Shown here: positions 45,298 through 56,400 of the stretch, piece by piece
Layout: every line of letters begins with the position of its first letter
Numbering within the stretch: position 1 is the first letter of the stretch
Notes under the pieces: model-generated
Told to the model about the DNA's origin: nothing
Seen by the model: the letters and a program-made list of their open reading frames with translations, nothing else
Database searches by the model: none
Program-made: the position numbers and the translations under genes
NCBI GenBank assembly: GCA_964489445.1
Contig: CAZAYU010000002.1
Coordinates: forward strand, 269,020-333,019
Source: an uncultured Planctomycetia bacterium
GTDB lineage: Bacteria; Omnitrophota; Gorgyraeia; Duberdicusellales; 4484-171
Reading direction: 5' to 3'
DNA length: 64,000 nucleotides

Positions 45298-46811
45298 TGA
45301 AAGTTTATTTAGCCGGATACAATATTGATGCAGAAGTCTTAGAAGAGCTTAAATCAAAATCAGAGCCACGGGATGATGTTACTCCAGAAGTAATATCAGC
45401 GGCTTACGCTCGGATAAGTCGTGATCCACGCCCAGTAAATGAGCTACGAAAGGATGCCCGTAGTGAGGTGGAAAAAACTCGTAAGTCAAACAAAACGATT
45501 ATTTTTAAGATGGGTCACCATTCAGTTGCTGAACATGCGGTATTTAACTTGGATATTCTAGGAGTTTCCCGTTTAAGCATGGAGGAGATAGAAAAATTCC
45601 GACTTTGTTCCTACACTGAAAAATCGCAAAGATATATTACACTAGATAAAGGATTTGTGGTGCCACAAGAGGTTAAAGGCACTAGGCTTGAAGATGAATT
45701 TGTTAAGATTATCCAAAAACAGAATCAGGCCTACACATATTTATTTAAACAGTTAAAGGAGCATGAGTTTAAGAAACATTCCCAATTAGCTAACGATCCT
45801 AAAAACCATAGTTTATTGGAAGGATGGGCGAAGGAAGATGCTCGTTATGTTACTGGGTTATCTACGGAATCGCAAGTTGGGCTAACTGTTAATGCTCGGA
45901 ATTTAGAATTAATGCTGCGGCGGTTTGCTTCTCACCATTTGTTGGAGGTTAATAATCTAGGTAAGGCTATTTATGATCAAATAAAGGCAGTAGCCCCGTC
46001 TATTCTTATTTTTTATGAGGCTAATGCACGTGATAAAAATACATATCCTGAATTAAAAAAAACGAGTGATGAGGTTGTCAAAAAGGTAAACGTTAGTGGC
46101 TACCAAAATTTAACAAATGATGTTCAATTGTCAGAATTTACAGAAAACGGCGATAATGTCATTGTTGCCGCGTTATTGCATTCTTCCACAAGCTTACCTT
46201 ATGGGCAGTGTAAAAAAATAGTTGAATGTTATTCCTCAGCAGAAAAGGAAAATATTTTCAAAGCGGCTTGGCGAAATTTACAATTTTATGATTCCTTGCC
46301 TAGAGAATTTGAATATGTTAATTTAACGTTTGACATAGAATTGTCAGCAGCATGTTTTGGGCAATTAAAAAGGCACCGGATGTCAACAATTACTACTCAA
46401 GGTTATGATCCGCTATTGGGAGTTATTATTCCGGAGTCAATTAATGAAATTGGGCAAGCCGGTTATTTCCAAGAAATTATTGAGCAAACGAATAGATTAC
46501 ATGATGAGCTAAAAAAAGAAATTCCGCAAGTTGCTTCTTATATTTTGACTAATGCTCATAAAAGAAGAGCGTTGATTAGAGTAAATGCTCGTGAACTTTA
46601 TCATATATCACGGTTAAGAGAAGACTCTCATGCTCAATGGGATATTCAAAATATTTCTCATGCAATGACTGAACAAGCTAAAAAAGTAATGCCGCTTGTG
46701 TTTAGACTAATCGGGGGTAAAGATCAGTACAACCAGACGTATAAAGCTGTTTTTAAAAAGCTGCCTAAAGTAATTCAAGCAGTCTTACCTGAAGCAAGAA
46801 AGATAAAGTAA
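45297..46811 (+). CDS. thyX: Tandem-domain flavin-dependent thymidylate synthase (double ThyX)
   Basis: 504 aa. Two ThyX-like halves each have the ...NAR.L..ML.R..SHHLLE / NARELYHISRLREDSHAQWDIQ motif. The second half has the RHR motif (LKRHRMS). The first half has a degenerate FRLCSYTEKSQRY in place of RHR...S..RY. Confidence 0.75.
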   Translation: MKVYLAGYNIDAEVLEELKSKSEPRDDVTPEVISAAYARISRDPRPVNELRKDARSEVEKTRKSNKTIIFKMGHHSVAEHAVFNLDILGVSRLSMEEIEKFRLCSYTEKSQRYITLDKGFVVPQEVKGTRLEDEFVKIIQKQNQAYTYLFKQLKEHEFKKHSQLANDPKNHSLLEGWAKEDARYVTGLSTESQVGLTVNARNLELMLRRFASHHLLEVNNLGKAIYDQIKAVAPSILIFYEANARDKNTYPELKKTSDEVVKKVNVSGYQNLTNDVQLSEFTENGDNVIVAALLHSSTSLPYGQCKKIVECYSSAEKENIFKAAWRNLQFYDSLPREFEYVNLTFDIELSAACFGQLKRHRMSTITTQGYDPLLGVIIPESINEIGQAGYFQEIIEQTNRLHDELKKEIPQVASYILTNAHKRRALIRVNARELYHISRLREDSHAQWDIQNISHAMTEQAKKVMPLVFRLIGGKDQYNQTYKAVFKKLPKVIQAVLPEARKIK

Positions 46812-47016
46812 AAATAATGCTTACAGCAAGGTAAATAATACTTGAGTAGAAATGGTATTTACGAAAGATTATAATTAGGTGGTATTTTTAGTAAACAGAT
46901 GGTATTTTTTTGGCAAAAATAAGGATTTTATATTCTTGCGCTGTCAACAAAAAGTGCTAAAATATTGCTGTTTGGAGCAATAGGTAAGATAGACCATAAG
47001 GGTATTAGTACTAAAA

Positions 47017-49056
47017 ATGAAATTTTTAGAAGAATACGAAAAGATAAGAACTTTTTTTAAAGGAGTTGTTTCCGAACCGACAGACAGAAAATTTGATCTT
47101 TCGGTTCTTGGTGAAATAGCTAAAGCAATTTCATACACTTCAGAGCATCAGTTGCTATTAAAATTGATAATGTCAGAATTATCAAAGATTATCGAGTATG
47201 ATCTTTGTGCAGCATTATTTTTTGAGTCTGATACGGTGAATATCATTTTTAAGCCACTTAATTTGCAAGCTTTAAACTATAAGCATGTTATAAGGAAAAG
47301 TCTTGTTGAGTCTGCTAGTTTGTTAACTGGAGAAGATATCCAGGAAAAAGAAATAAAGGAAATACTGATTCCTTTTGATGAAAATAATTGTGGTACCGTT
47401 CAGAAAGGCTGCGAAGAACTTCGTTCTTTTTTTAATGTTCCGTTTTCTATGTATGGGCGAATTGTCGGAATGATTAACCTTGCTAGCTGCAAAAATAATG
47501 CATTTAGTGAAGGTGACGTAAAAGGAATTTATACTATTATAAATCAAACGTCTAATGCTATTGGTAGATTGCAGAAAGCAGTTACTGCCGAAAAAACAAG
47601 AATGGAGTCAATGGTCAAAAGTATCCCCGAAGGGGTGATCATGCTTGATCAAAAGGATGAAGTGGTTGTTTTTAATCCACAAGCAAGAATGATGCTCGGT
47701 TTTGGACTAAATATTTCGGTGACTAGTAAGGTTTTAAATGAGAAACTAAGATTATTTGGGCTCGACAAGATGTTTAAGGAGTCACATCGTGAGATGCGCT
47801 CAATTGTTCGAGAAATTAATATTGTTCAGAAAAACAAGAGCGTGGTGTTTCGTAGCAGTATATCTCCGGTAAAAGACATAGAAGGAAAGATTATCGGGAT
47901 AGTAGCCATCTTAAGAGATATTACCCGGGAAAAAGAAATGGACAGGATGAAAACAGAATTCATCTCTATTGTTTCCCATGAATTGCGTACTCCATTGACC
48001 ACAATGAAGGAATTTACGGCAATTATTGCTGATGAAATACCCGGAAAATTAACTGAAGGGCAGAGAGAGTATGTTAATATTATACAAGGAAATATTGACC
48101 GCTTGGCTCGGTTAATTGGCAATCTTTTAAATATTTCAAAAATAGAATCAGGGACTACAGAGCTAAAAAAAGAATTAGTAGATGTTGTAAAGATAGTAGA
48201 AAGTGTGGTGCTTACGCTTAGGCCGGGAATTAACGAGAAAAAGATAAATCTTAGGATTGTGCCTTATTCTCCGCAAATAGCTATTTATGCTGACTCTGAT
48301 AGTGTATTCCAAATATTTACCAATCTAATTAATAACGCTATTAAATTTACGCCGGATAGTGGAGAGATTATCGTTAAAATGGTTGATAAACATAAAGAAG
48401 TCGAATTTATTGTTAAGGATACAGGAATCGGTATTGCTTCAGAAAGCATTGATAAAGTTTTTGATCGTTTTCAGCAGTTTGGGCGAACAACTGGTTCGGG
48501 TGAGAAGGGGACAGGATTAGGCTTAGCGATAACCAAAGAGTTAATCAAAGAGCACCAAGGTAAAATATGGGTAAAATCAGAATTAGAAGAAGGAACTAAA
48601 TTCTACTTTCTTTTACCAAAATATGATCCTAAGTCGTTATTGAAATCCTTACTGAAAGAGTGTATCTGTTCTGGAGAAGATAAAGCGTCTGGCCAATTAA
48701 CAAAGGTTAGTTTAGTTAAAATGTCTTTAGTTGATCCGGAAAGATTAAGGCAAGAGTTATCTGGTGGTTTGCTTGATTCAGCGCTAAGAGGTATGGAAGA
48801 TGTTCTGCGAGATAGTTTGCGTAGCAGTGAAGAGGGAGATACAGTAATTAATGTGTCTATGGGTTCAGTAGTTGTTTTAGCTGATTGTGATAAGCAAGGC
48901 ATGCTAAAAGTAAAAAAGAGGTTAAATAGCGCGTTGGATAGTTATTTAGTCAGAAGAAAGCTATCTGACAAAATAGAATTTTATTTTGATTGCTTGACTT
49001 ATCCTGATGATGTGCAATCTGCAGAAGATATGATTAGCAAGGTAGATATTTCATGA
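47017..49056 (+). CDS. Sensor histidine kinase with GAF/PAS sensory domains and an uncharacterised ~130-aa C-terminal extension
   Basis: 679 aa. H-box SHELRTPLT, N/G boxes (NLINNAIKFT, DTGIGI, GTGLGLAI) and a PAS-like region (ITREKE...) are present. The C-terminal tail after the HATPase domain has no clear family. Confidence 0.8.
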   Translation: MKFLEEYEKIRTFFKGVVSEPTDRKFDLSVLGEIAKAISYTSEHQLLLKLIMSELSKIIEYDLCAALFFESDTVNIIFKPLNLQALNYKHVIRKSLVESASLLTGEDIQEKEIKEILIPFDENNCGTVQKGCEELRSFFNVPFSMYGRIVGMINLASCKNNAFSEGDVKGIYTIINQTSNAIGRLQKAVTAEKTRMESMVKSIPEGVIMLDQKDEVVVFNPQARMMLGFGLNISVTSKVLNEKLRLFGLDKMFKESHREMRSIVREINIVQKNKSVVFRSSISPVKDIEGKIIGIVAILRDITREKEMDRMKTEFISIVSHELRTPLTTMKEFTAIIADEIPGKLTEGQREYVNIIQGNIDRLARLIGNLLNISKIESGTTELKKELVDVVKIVESVVLTLRPGINEKKINLRIVPYSPQIAIYADSDSVFQIFTNLINNAIKFTPDSGEIIVKMVDKHKEVEFIVKDTGIGIASESIDKVFDRFQQFGRTTGSGEKGTGLGLAITKELIKEHQGKIWVKSELEEGTKFYFLLPKYDPKSLLKSLLKECICSGEDKASGQLTKVSLVKMSLVDPERLRQELSGGLLDSALRGMEDVLRDSLRSSEEGDTVINVSMGSVVVLADCDKQGMLKVKKRLNSALDSYLVRRKLSDKIEFYFDCLTYPDDVQSAEDMISKVDIS

Positions 49057-49095
49057 ATGTATAATAAGCGTATCTAACAAGAAAATAACTTAAAA

Positions 49096-49464
49096 ATGTC
49101 AAAAAAACGAATATTAGTAGTTGAAGATGAGCAAGAATTAATTAAAGCTGTTCAAATTAGGCTTAAATACTCTGGCTATGAAGTATTATCTGCTTGTAAT
49201 GGCCGAGAAGGTTTAGAAGTAGCGCGCAAGGAAAAACCGGATTTGATTTTGTTAGATATGATGATGCCGGAGATGGATGGTTTAACAATGCTTTCTCGTT
49301 TAAAGAACTCTTCTGATATCAAACATATACCAGTTATTATGCTTACCGCAAAAGCACAAAGTGACGATATTGCTCAGGCTAGCAAGCTTGGGGCTTTTGA
49401 CTATGTTGTTAAGCCGTTTACTTCGCAAATATTATTAGAAAAAATTAGAAAAGCTATTTCTTAA
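49096..49464 (+). CDS. Single-domain response regulator (CheY-like receiver)
   Basis: 122 aa with ILVVEDE...DLILLDMMMPEMDG...IPVIMLTAKAQ receiver-domain motifs. Confidence 0.85.
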   Translation: MSKKRILVVEDEQELIKAVQIRLKYSGYEVLSACNGREGLEVARKEKPDLILLDMMMPEMDGLTMLSRLKNSSDIKHIPVIMLTAKAQSDDIAQASKLGAFDYVVKPFTSQILLEKIRKAIS

Positions 49465-49500
49465 AATAATTTTTTCTAGATTAACTGAGTGTAACATTTT

Positions 49501-49872
49501 ATGGATAAGAAAAGAATATTAGTAATTGAAGATGAGCAACAGCTTGTCAAGGCGATTAAAATCAGGCTTGAATATTCAGGTTATGAAGTGTTAATTGCTG
49601 GTGATGGCCAAGAGGGATTGGATAAAGTTTGCCAGGAGAATCCGGATTTAATTTTGTTAGACGCAATGATGCCTAAAATGGATGGATATCATGTCTGTGG
49701 TTCGCTCAAAGCTGATTCTCGATATAACAAAATTCCGATAATTATGCTTACCGCTAAAGCTCAGGAAGAAGATAAGATGTTGGGTGAGAAAGTTGGCGCT
49801 GATGCCTACATTGCTAAGCCGTTTGATCACAAGATATTGCTGGGTAAGATAAAAAAGCTGTTAACAGCATAA
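49501..49872 (+). CDS. Single-domain response regulator (paralog of the preceding receiver)
   Basis: 123 aa, roughly 55% identical by eye to the 49096 protein (ILVIEDEQQLVKAIKIRLEYSGYEVL...). Confidence 0.85.
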   Translation: MDKKRILVIEDEQQLVKAIKIRLEYSGYEVLIAGDGQEGLDKVCQENPDLILLDAMMPKMDGYHVCGSLKADSRYNKIPIIMLTAKAQEEDKMLGEKVGADAYIAKPFDHKILLGKIKKLLTA

Positions 49873-49972
49873 TTTATTTATCTATAGAATGATAATCCCA
49901 CCTGAAGTAGCCTTGTCATATTTTTTTAATTAAGAGATAATATTCATAGTAAATCAAAAAAAAGGAGGCAAA

Positions 49973-50320
49973 ATGTGTAAGGGTGCAAAAACAATTTTTA
50001 TATTGATGCTATTGTTATTTACTCTGCTTAGTGGGTACGGAAAAGACAATCTAAACAATAGTAGTTGTCAGACAAAAACTGTTGAAGGAAGAGTGGTAGA
50101 GACAGACTGGGTTAGCTCAGCGTTAGTGATAGAATCTTTGGGTAATAATTATACATTCAAGGTGCCTAAGAGTGCTAAAATTATTAATGGTAGCGAGACG
50201 GTCAATTTTAGTGATGTGGAAGCAAGTGATCCAGTTTCTGTTGAATACTATGAAGATAATAATGGGAGCTTGATTGTAAAAAATATTACTTTGAAGAATG
50301 TTCTAGGATATGATTGGTAA
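49973..50320 (+). CDS. Hypothetical secreted/lipoprotein
   Basis: 115 aa with a signal peptide ending LLSGYGKD. Preceded by an AAAAGGAGG SD. Confidence 0.4.
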   Translation: MCKGAKTIFILMLLLFTLLSGYGKDNLNNSSCQTKTVEGRVVETDWVSSALVIESLGNNYTFKVPKSAKIINGSETVNFSDVEASDPVSVEYYEDNNGSLIVKNITLKNVLGYDW

Positions 50321-50353
50321 ACATATTCCTTTAGACTATTCAAAAGGAGAAAT

Positions 50354-50770
50354 ATGAAGGTAGAGAGAGCAAGGGCATTCATTGGTAGGTTTAAAGCTAA
50401 CTCGGATCTTTTGTTGTCATTGACTGATTTTTGCCGGGAAGAGGGTATATCGCTAGGAGTGTTCTCGATCATTGGTGCGGTAATTGGAGTAAAACTAGGC
50501 TATTATAATCAGGATGAGAAGCAGTATGCCGAATGTTTTAGCTTGGATAAAAAATTAGAAATATCTTTTTGTAGTGGCAACATATCATTAAGCAATTCTG
50601 CAGTGTTTGTTCATGCCCATATTAGCCTAGCTGACCATCAAGGCCAGACTTATGGAGGGCACTTAATGCCCGGTTCAATAGTATTTGCCGCTGAGTATTA
50701 TATCCAGGAGCTTTCCGGTGCAAAACTAGAGCGCCGCTACGATTCAGAGACTGGACTTAATCTATGGTAG
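50354..50770 (+). CDS. DUF296 (PPC-domain) protein
   Basis: 138 aa with ...VFSIIGAV...HAHISLADHQGQTYGGHLMPGSIVFAAE..., which resembles the PPC/DUF296 fold. Confidence 0.5.
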   Translation: MKVERARAFIGRFKANSDLLLSLTDFCREEGISLGVFSIIGAVIGVKLGYYNQDEKQYAECFSLDKKLEISFCSGNISLSNSAVFVHAHISLADHQGQTYGGHLMPGSIVFAAEYYIQELSGAKLERRYDSETGLNLW

Positions 50771-50787
50771 CTTAAAAATACGTAGGA

Positions 50788-51745
50788 ATGATTCACGAGT
50801 CAGCATTAAATGCAATTTTCATAAATTCTCTTAGCCTAACAAAGGATGAGTCTTGCCTTATTGTTACTGATACAATCAAAGAAAGCCTTGGGCAAAATTT
50901 ATTTTCCTACGCTAAAACAATAAGCTCAAAAACTAAGATTATCGTTGTTGATGTTTCTCGAGAGCATGCTCTGAGAGCCATCTCCAGAAGTTGGGAATAT
51001 GATGCTCAACTATGATGTCTTAGTTCTGGCAACTAATAAATCACTAACACATACCCAAGCTAGAATAAATGCTACTTTACATGGCGCTCGGATAGCCACA
51101 ATGCCTTCGGTTACTGAAGAGATTATTAATCGTTGCCTTGATGTTGACTATCTAAAACTGAGACAAAATTCAGAGAATATTTACAATCTGTTTAAAGAGT
51201 CCCAGATGGTGCGTATTACTACTAAATTAGGCACTAGCATTTCGTTTACAGTGGGAAACAGCAAATTTTTTGGACGTAATGGTGGAATTCTTAATTATTC
51301 TGGTGCTTATGGTAATTTACCAGAAGGAGAAGTGTCTTTTTCCCCTAGTTCTTCGGAAGGAACGTATGTTGTAGATGTTTCTTTTCCAAATTTAGGAATT
51401 TTAAATTCCCCGTTAATTTTTCGTGTTAAAGGTGGAATAGTTTGTGATATTCAAGGAGAGCAGTCTCTGGTAGTAAAAAAACGTCTTTCCCAAGCAGGCA
51501 AAAATGCTTATAAAGTAGCAGAACTAGGTATTGGCCTTAACCCAAAAGCAAAGTTTTCTGGTAATGTTTTAGAAGATGAAAAGGTTATTGGAAGTGTACA
51601 TATTGCTACGGGAAATAATCTTTCGTATGGCGGAACAAATAATATCCAGTTACATTTAGACGGAGTTATTAGCCAGCCGAGCATTTATGTTGACAGACAT
51701 AAAATTATGGATAACGGAATATTCTGTGATTCCTTGATTGTCTGA
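50788..51745 (+). pseudogene. Aminopeptidase (M29/AmpS-like) gene split by an apparent +1 frameshift
   Basis: A 75-aa ORF (50788-51015, frame 1) and a 248-aa ORF (frame 2, open from 50975, ATG at 50999) overlap by about 40 nt. Together they read as one aminopeptidase-like protein (…VHIATGNN…). Confidence 0.45.
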
Positions 51746-51784
51746 ATATCCAGTTTTTAAATTTTTAGAAATGTTAACAGCAGA

Positions 51785-52078
51785 TTATTTAACATTTAGC
51801 TGTTTATCTAGCTGGGAAATTTTAAATACCTTTTTTGTGTAAGAGCAAGCACCAACTATTAGGAAGTTTTCCGGTTTTACTTTCTTTGATGCCTGAAGAC
51901 AAATTCGTAAGAATCCTGAAGCAATATAGTTTACTTTTTCAAGATTAAATACAACTGGTGTTCCCGCTTCTGCTATTTTTTCTAAAAGATTTTCTTCCCA
52001 TTTTATACAATTGGTGCTGTCTAGTCTTCCTGAAAAGGAACAAATCAATTTTTCTTTTTCTTCGGTAAATTTGACCAT
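51785..52078 (-). CDS. STAS-domain anti-sigma factor antagonist (SpoIIAA-like)
   Basis: 97 aa with ...LICSFSGRLDSTNC...VVFNLEKVNYIASGFLRICL..., a conserved-Ser STAS pattern. Confidence 0.65.
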   Translation of the reverse strand: MVKFTEEKEKLICSFSGRLDSTNCIKWEENLLEKIAEAGTPVVFNLEKVNYIASGFLRICLQASKKVKPENFLIVGACSYTKKVFKISQLDKQLNVK

Positions 52079-52366
52079 GAGCCTCCTTTTTTTTGTTAAT
52101 TAAGTGTAGAACAATTTTATCATTCAAGCTGTAAAAGTCAAAATAAAACAAATAGTATTTTTGAGATGGCATTTATAAGCTTGAATTAGCCTAAAAATAA
52201 TAAAAATGCAATGAATAACCTAAAAAGGCTTACAAAATAAAAACTTAAAATTTAAGTTCATAAAAGGTTAACCAGATATGTTTGTGGTATTTATTTCATA
52301 GTGCTATAATAAACAAAACTCAAAAAGATACATATAACAGATTAAAGATCAGGAGGCAGGTAAGGC

Positions 52367-53425
52367 ATGGAATTTGTAACAGTAGTGTTGTTAGGAATAA
52401 TTGGATTATTAATAATTCTTATATTAATATTTTTTTTTAAAAAACCAGTTGTAGATATTTCTGCAAAAATTGATGCTTCTCTGCGTGAGCAATTTATTAA
52501 TTTTCAGTCTTCAATACATAAAGAGATAGATACTGCCCGCCAGGAGATTGGTCGTTCGAAGGATTTAATTTCTGATCATACAGTAAAAACAATCGATACA
52601 ATAAAAGACATGGGTGCGGCTATGCATAAGATTGTTCAACAGCAGGAAGAGGCTCAACAATTGGGGCGGTCGTTAAAAGATTTATTGCAGGTTCCCAAAC
52701 TCAGAGGAAACTATGGAGAGGCAATACTGGAAGAAATGCTAGAAAGGGTATTGCCTAAAGGAATTTGGGAACGTCAATACTTAATCGAAGGACGTGAACA
52801 GGTTGACGCGGTAGTAAAAATAAAAGATGTAATTATTCCTATTGATGCAAAGTTTCCTCGTGATGACTATCAAAAGTATTTAGAAGCGCCTTCTTTAGAA
52901 GAAAAAAATAAATATTGGAAAAGCTATGAAAATGCTTTAAAAATTCAAATTAAAAGCATTAATAATAAGTATGTTAAACCGGAAAAAGGAACTGCAGACT
53001 TTGCATTAATGTTTATTCCTTCCGAAGCAATATATTATGAGACTATTGCCGAGAAAAATTATCTTAACCAGCCTTCGCGGATATATGAGTATGCCCAGAA
53101 TAATAAAGTTATACCAGTCAGCCCAAATACATTTTATGCTTTTTTACAGATTATTATAATTAGCGTGCGTAATTTAGAAGTTGTTAAAAATGCGAAGAAA
53201 TTTCAATCTGGTTTATTAAGCTTGGAGAAGTCATTTGATTTCTTTTATCGTAAACATGAAGAAGCCGGCAAGTTAATAGAGAAGGCTGCAGAAGCTTACC
53301 GACTTAGTGGAGGGCATGTTGCTAGGTATAAGCGCCAATTGGAGCGAACACTTGAGATAGACGGATTCCAAGGGACGACAGCTAATCACTTAGAAAGTGA
53401 AATGACTGAAAATAATGGGTCTTAA
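52367..53425 (+). CDS. rmuC: DNA recombination protein RmuC
   Basis: 352 aa with an N-terminal TM, a long coiled coil, then ...VIIPIDAKFP...FALMFIPSEAIYYE..., characteristic of RmuC. Confidence 0.75.
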   Translation: MEFVTVVLLGIIGLLIILILIFFFKKPVVDISAKIDASLREQFINFQSSIHKEIDTARQEIGRSKDLISDHTVKTIDTIKDMGAAMHKIVQQQEEAQQLGRSLKDLLQVPKLRGNYGEAILEEMLERVLPKGIWERQYLIEGREQVDAVVKIKDVIIPIDAKFPRDDYQKYLEAPSLEEKNKYWKSYENALKIQIKSINNKYVKPEKGTADFALMFIPSEAIYYETIAEKNYLNQPSRIYEYAQNNKVIPVSPNTFYAFLQIIIISVRNLEVVKNAKKFQSGLLSLEKSFDFFYRKHEEAGKLIEKAAEAYRLSGGHVARYKRQLERTLEIDGFQGTTANHLESEMTENNGS

Positions 53426-53449
53426 ATTGGTGCATGTCTTAATAAAAGA

Positions 53450-56400
53450 CTAGTTGTGTTTTTTTGCTGCAGTTGAGCGGCTAAGCTCGAAACGATCCAA
53501 GAACTTTTCTTGAAATTCTTGCATATAGAGAAATATCCCCGGAGTAACAAACAGAGTTATTACTTGCGCAAAGGCTAATCCGCCGACAATAATTAAACCT
53601 AAAGGTTGACGCGAGGCACCGTCAGCGCCAAAGCCAAGAGCAATGGGGATTGCTCCCATTATTGTGGACATGCCGGTCATTAAGATTGGCCGAAAACGGG
53701 TAAGGCAGGCATTGTGTATAGCTTCAAAGCTAGAAGTTGTTCCTTCTGCTAAGTTCTGGTTAGCAAAATCAACCATCATAATCCCATTTTTAGAAACTAT
53801 ACCTAATAGCATGAACATTCCAATATACGCGTACATAGACAATTCTGATCCTAAAATCAGAAGGGTAGCTAAGCCACCAAAAGCGGCTACTGGTAGAGTG
53901 GTTAATACAGTAAGCGGATGGATATAGCTTTCATAAAGGATGCCCAAAATAACATACATCAAAAATACAGAAACTAGCAGCAGAATTCCCATGCTGGCTA
54001 CAGCTTCTTCAAACTCTTGTGCTTCTCCTTGGAATGTTCCACTGATGCCTGGCTCCAAAATATCTTTAGCAGCATTGGCTAATGCTTTAGTGGCTGTGCC
54101 TAAAGCAATATTTGTTTCTAGGTTAAAAGAAATGGTTGCGGAGTTAAGTTGATCGAAATGGGGCACATTTTGAGGTCCCACTTCTTCTTTCCACTGGGCT
54201 AAGGAGTCCAGAGGGATGAGCTTGTTAGTTATTCCTGAACGGACGTATATTTGGGATAAGTTTTGAGGAATTTTTTGATAATTTTTATTAAGCTCGACAA
54301 TAACGTCGTATTGGTCAACATCTGTTTTGTAAGTGGTTACTTTTCCTCCGGCATAAGCAAGGCTTAAGGCATATTCTATATCTTTGGCAGTGATTCCCAA
54401 AGTAGAGGCACGGTCTCTAAATATTTTTATTTTTAACTGAGGCATATTAAGTTTTACGCTATTTTGAATTCCGGTAAAACCGGGAAGAATCTTCATTTCT
54501 TTTTCTAACTTTAAGGCACAGCGGTAAAGTTGATCACGATTTTCGCCGTTGATAGTATACGAGTACTTGCTTCCTGTAGCTGTGCTTTCACCGCCGGTGC
54601 TTAAGTTAAGCGCGGGCATTGCTTGGACATAAGTAAAACCTAAAGGAATACTTGCCAAACTTACTCTTAGCTCTTGAACTACTTTTTGAATGATTTTTCT
54701 TTTGTTGGGTGGTTTTAAAATTGCAATAACTGGCCCTGTGCTTTGGTCAGCACCTGGTTGTGCTCCAGTTACGGTTAAAATTTGTTCTACTGCCGGATTT
54801 GCTTTTAATGTTTGGTTTATTTTGTTTTGGAATTGTCTAATTTTTTCAGTAGATGTTCCCTGAGCTGTAACCATTTGGCCCATTATTGCTCCGCTGTCTC
54901 CTTCGGGAATAAATGTTTTAGGGAGAACTATAAATAGCCAAAACGTTCCCAAAAGACAGATTGCCCATAATAAAATAGAGATAAAGCGGTGTTCAAGGAC
55001 CCATCTTAAAGCGGTTCCGTATTGGTTAGTAAGTATATTAACAAATCTATTAATAAAAATTTCTAATTTTGTTTTTTGAGACTTTGTTCCTTTTAGCATT
55101 CGAGCACACATCATGGGAGTTAAGGTAAGAGCCATTAACGTTGAAAAAGCTATTGCGATTATAACTGTCAATGCAAATTCTTTAAAATTTCGGCCAACAA
55201 TCCCTCCCATGAACACTAAAGGGATAAACACAATCATTAAAGAGACGCTTGTAGAGATGACTGTTCCGGTAATTTCCTTCATGCTGTTTATGGCTGCGTT
55301 TAGTGGTTTTTTTCCGGCAGCAATATGACGGTCGCTATTTTCTAAAACTACGATAGCATCATCTACTAAAAATCCTACTGAAAGAGTGAGAGCCATCAAG
55401 GAGAGAGTGTCTAGACTAAAACCACAAGCGAGCATAATTGCAAATGTTCCGACAAGTGTTAGAGGGAGAACTGTTGCCGGAATGATTGTATCTGCGAATC
55501 GCCCGATAAATAAAAATATTACTAGAATAACGAGAAGCAGCGCTAGAACAATTGTGCCTTTTACGTCGTTTACTGATTCAATTATTTTGACGGATTTATC
55601 ATAGAAAATATCTAAATTTACTGAAGCTGGTATTTGGATTCTAAGTTCTTCGATGGTTTTTCTAATTTTTGCACTCAACGCAACAGTATTAGCTCCGGCG
55701 GCTCTGCGAATAGCCAGGCATACTCCTCCGGCACGGATTTTCCCTTGAGCATGTCCATACATTACACGAACTACGTCATTTTGGAGACTATCAATACAGT
55801 TTGCTACATCTTTAAGTTTTATCGGGGCATTATTGCGGTAGGCAATAATAAGCTTTTGGTAGTCTTGAGCGCTAGTTAACTGACCCTCAGGTTCAAGAGA
55901 AAAAGTGTGTGCTTGACCATTTAAGCTTCCAGCGGGTATTGTAACAGTACCCGCTTTGACTGCTTGTGCAACTTCATCAATTCCAATTTCTAATGAAGCA
56001 AGTTTACCAGGATCAACTTGGATGCGGATAGCAGTTTTCGCTCCCCATACTTGGACTTGGGACACTCCTTCAACCATGCTTATTTTTTGCCCAATTGTTC
56101 GATTGCCAAAGTCGTATAGCTGTCCGGGGGTGAGAGTATCTGAAGTTACCATTAAATAGAATATTGGAGAATCAGAAGGATTGTTCTTGGAATATATTGG
56201 CTGTTGAGGTAGATCGCTGGGAAGATTTGGCATTGCTCGGGAAATGGCTGCTTGGACATCCGGAGCAGCTAAATCTACATTACGGTTTAAATCAAAAGTT
56301 AACGTAATTGAAGTTTGGCCTTCAGTATTATCAGAAATGACACTTTGCAGGCCGGGAATTTGCATACATTCATTTTCTAAAGGGGAAGCCACAGTAGAAG

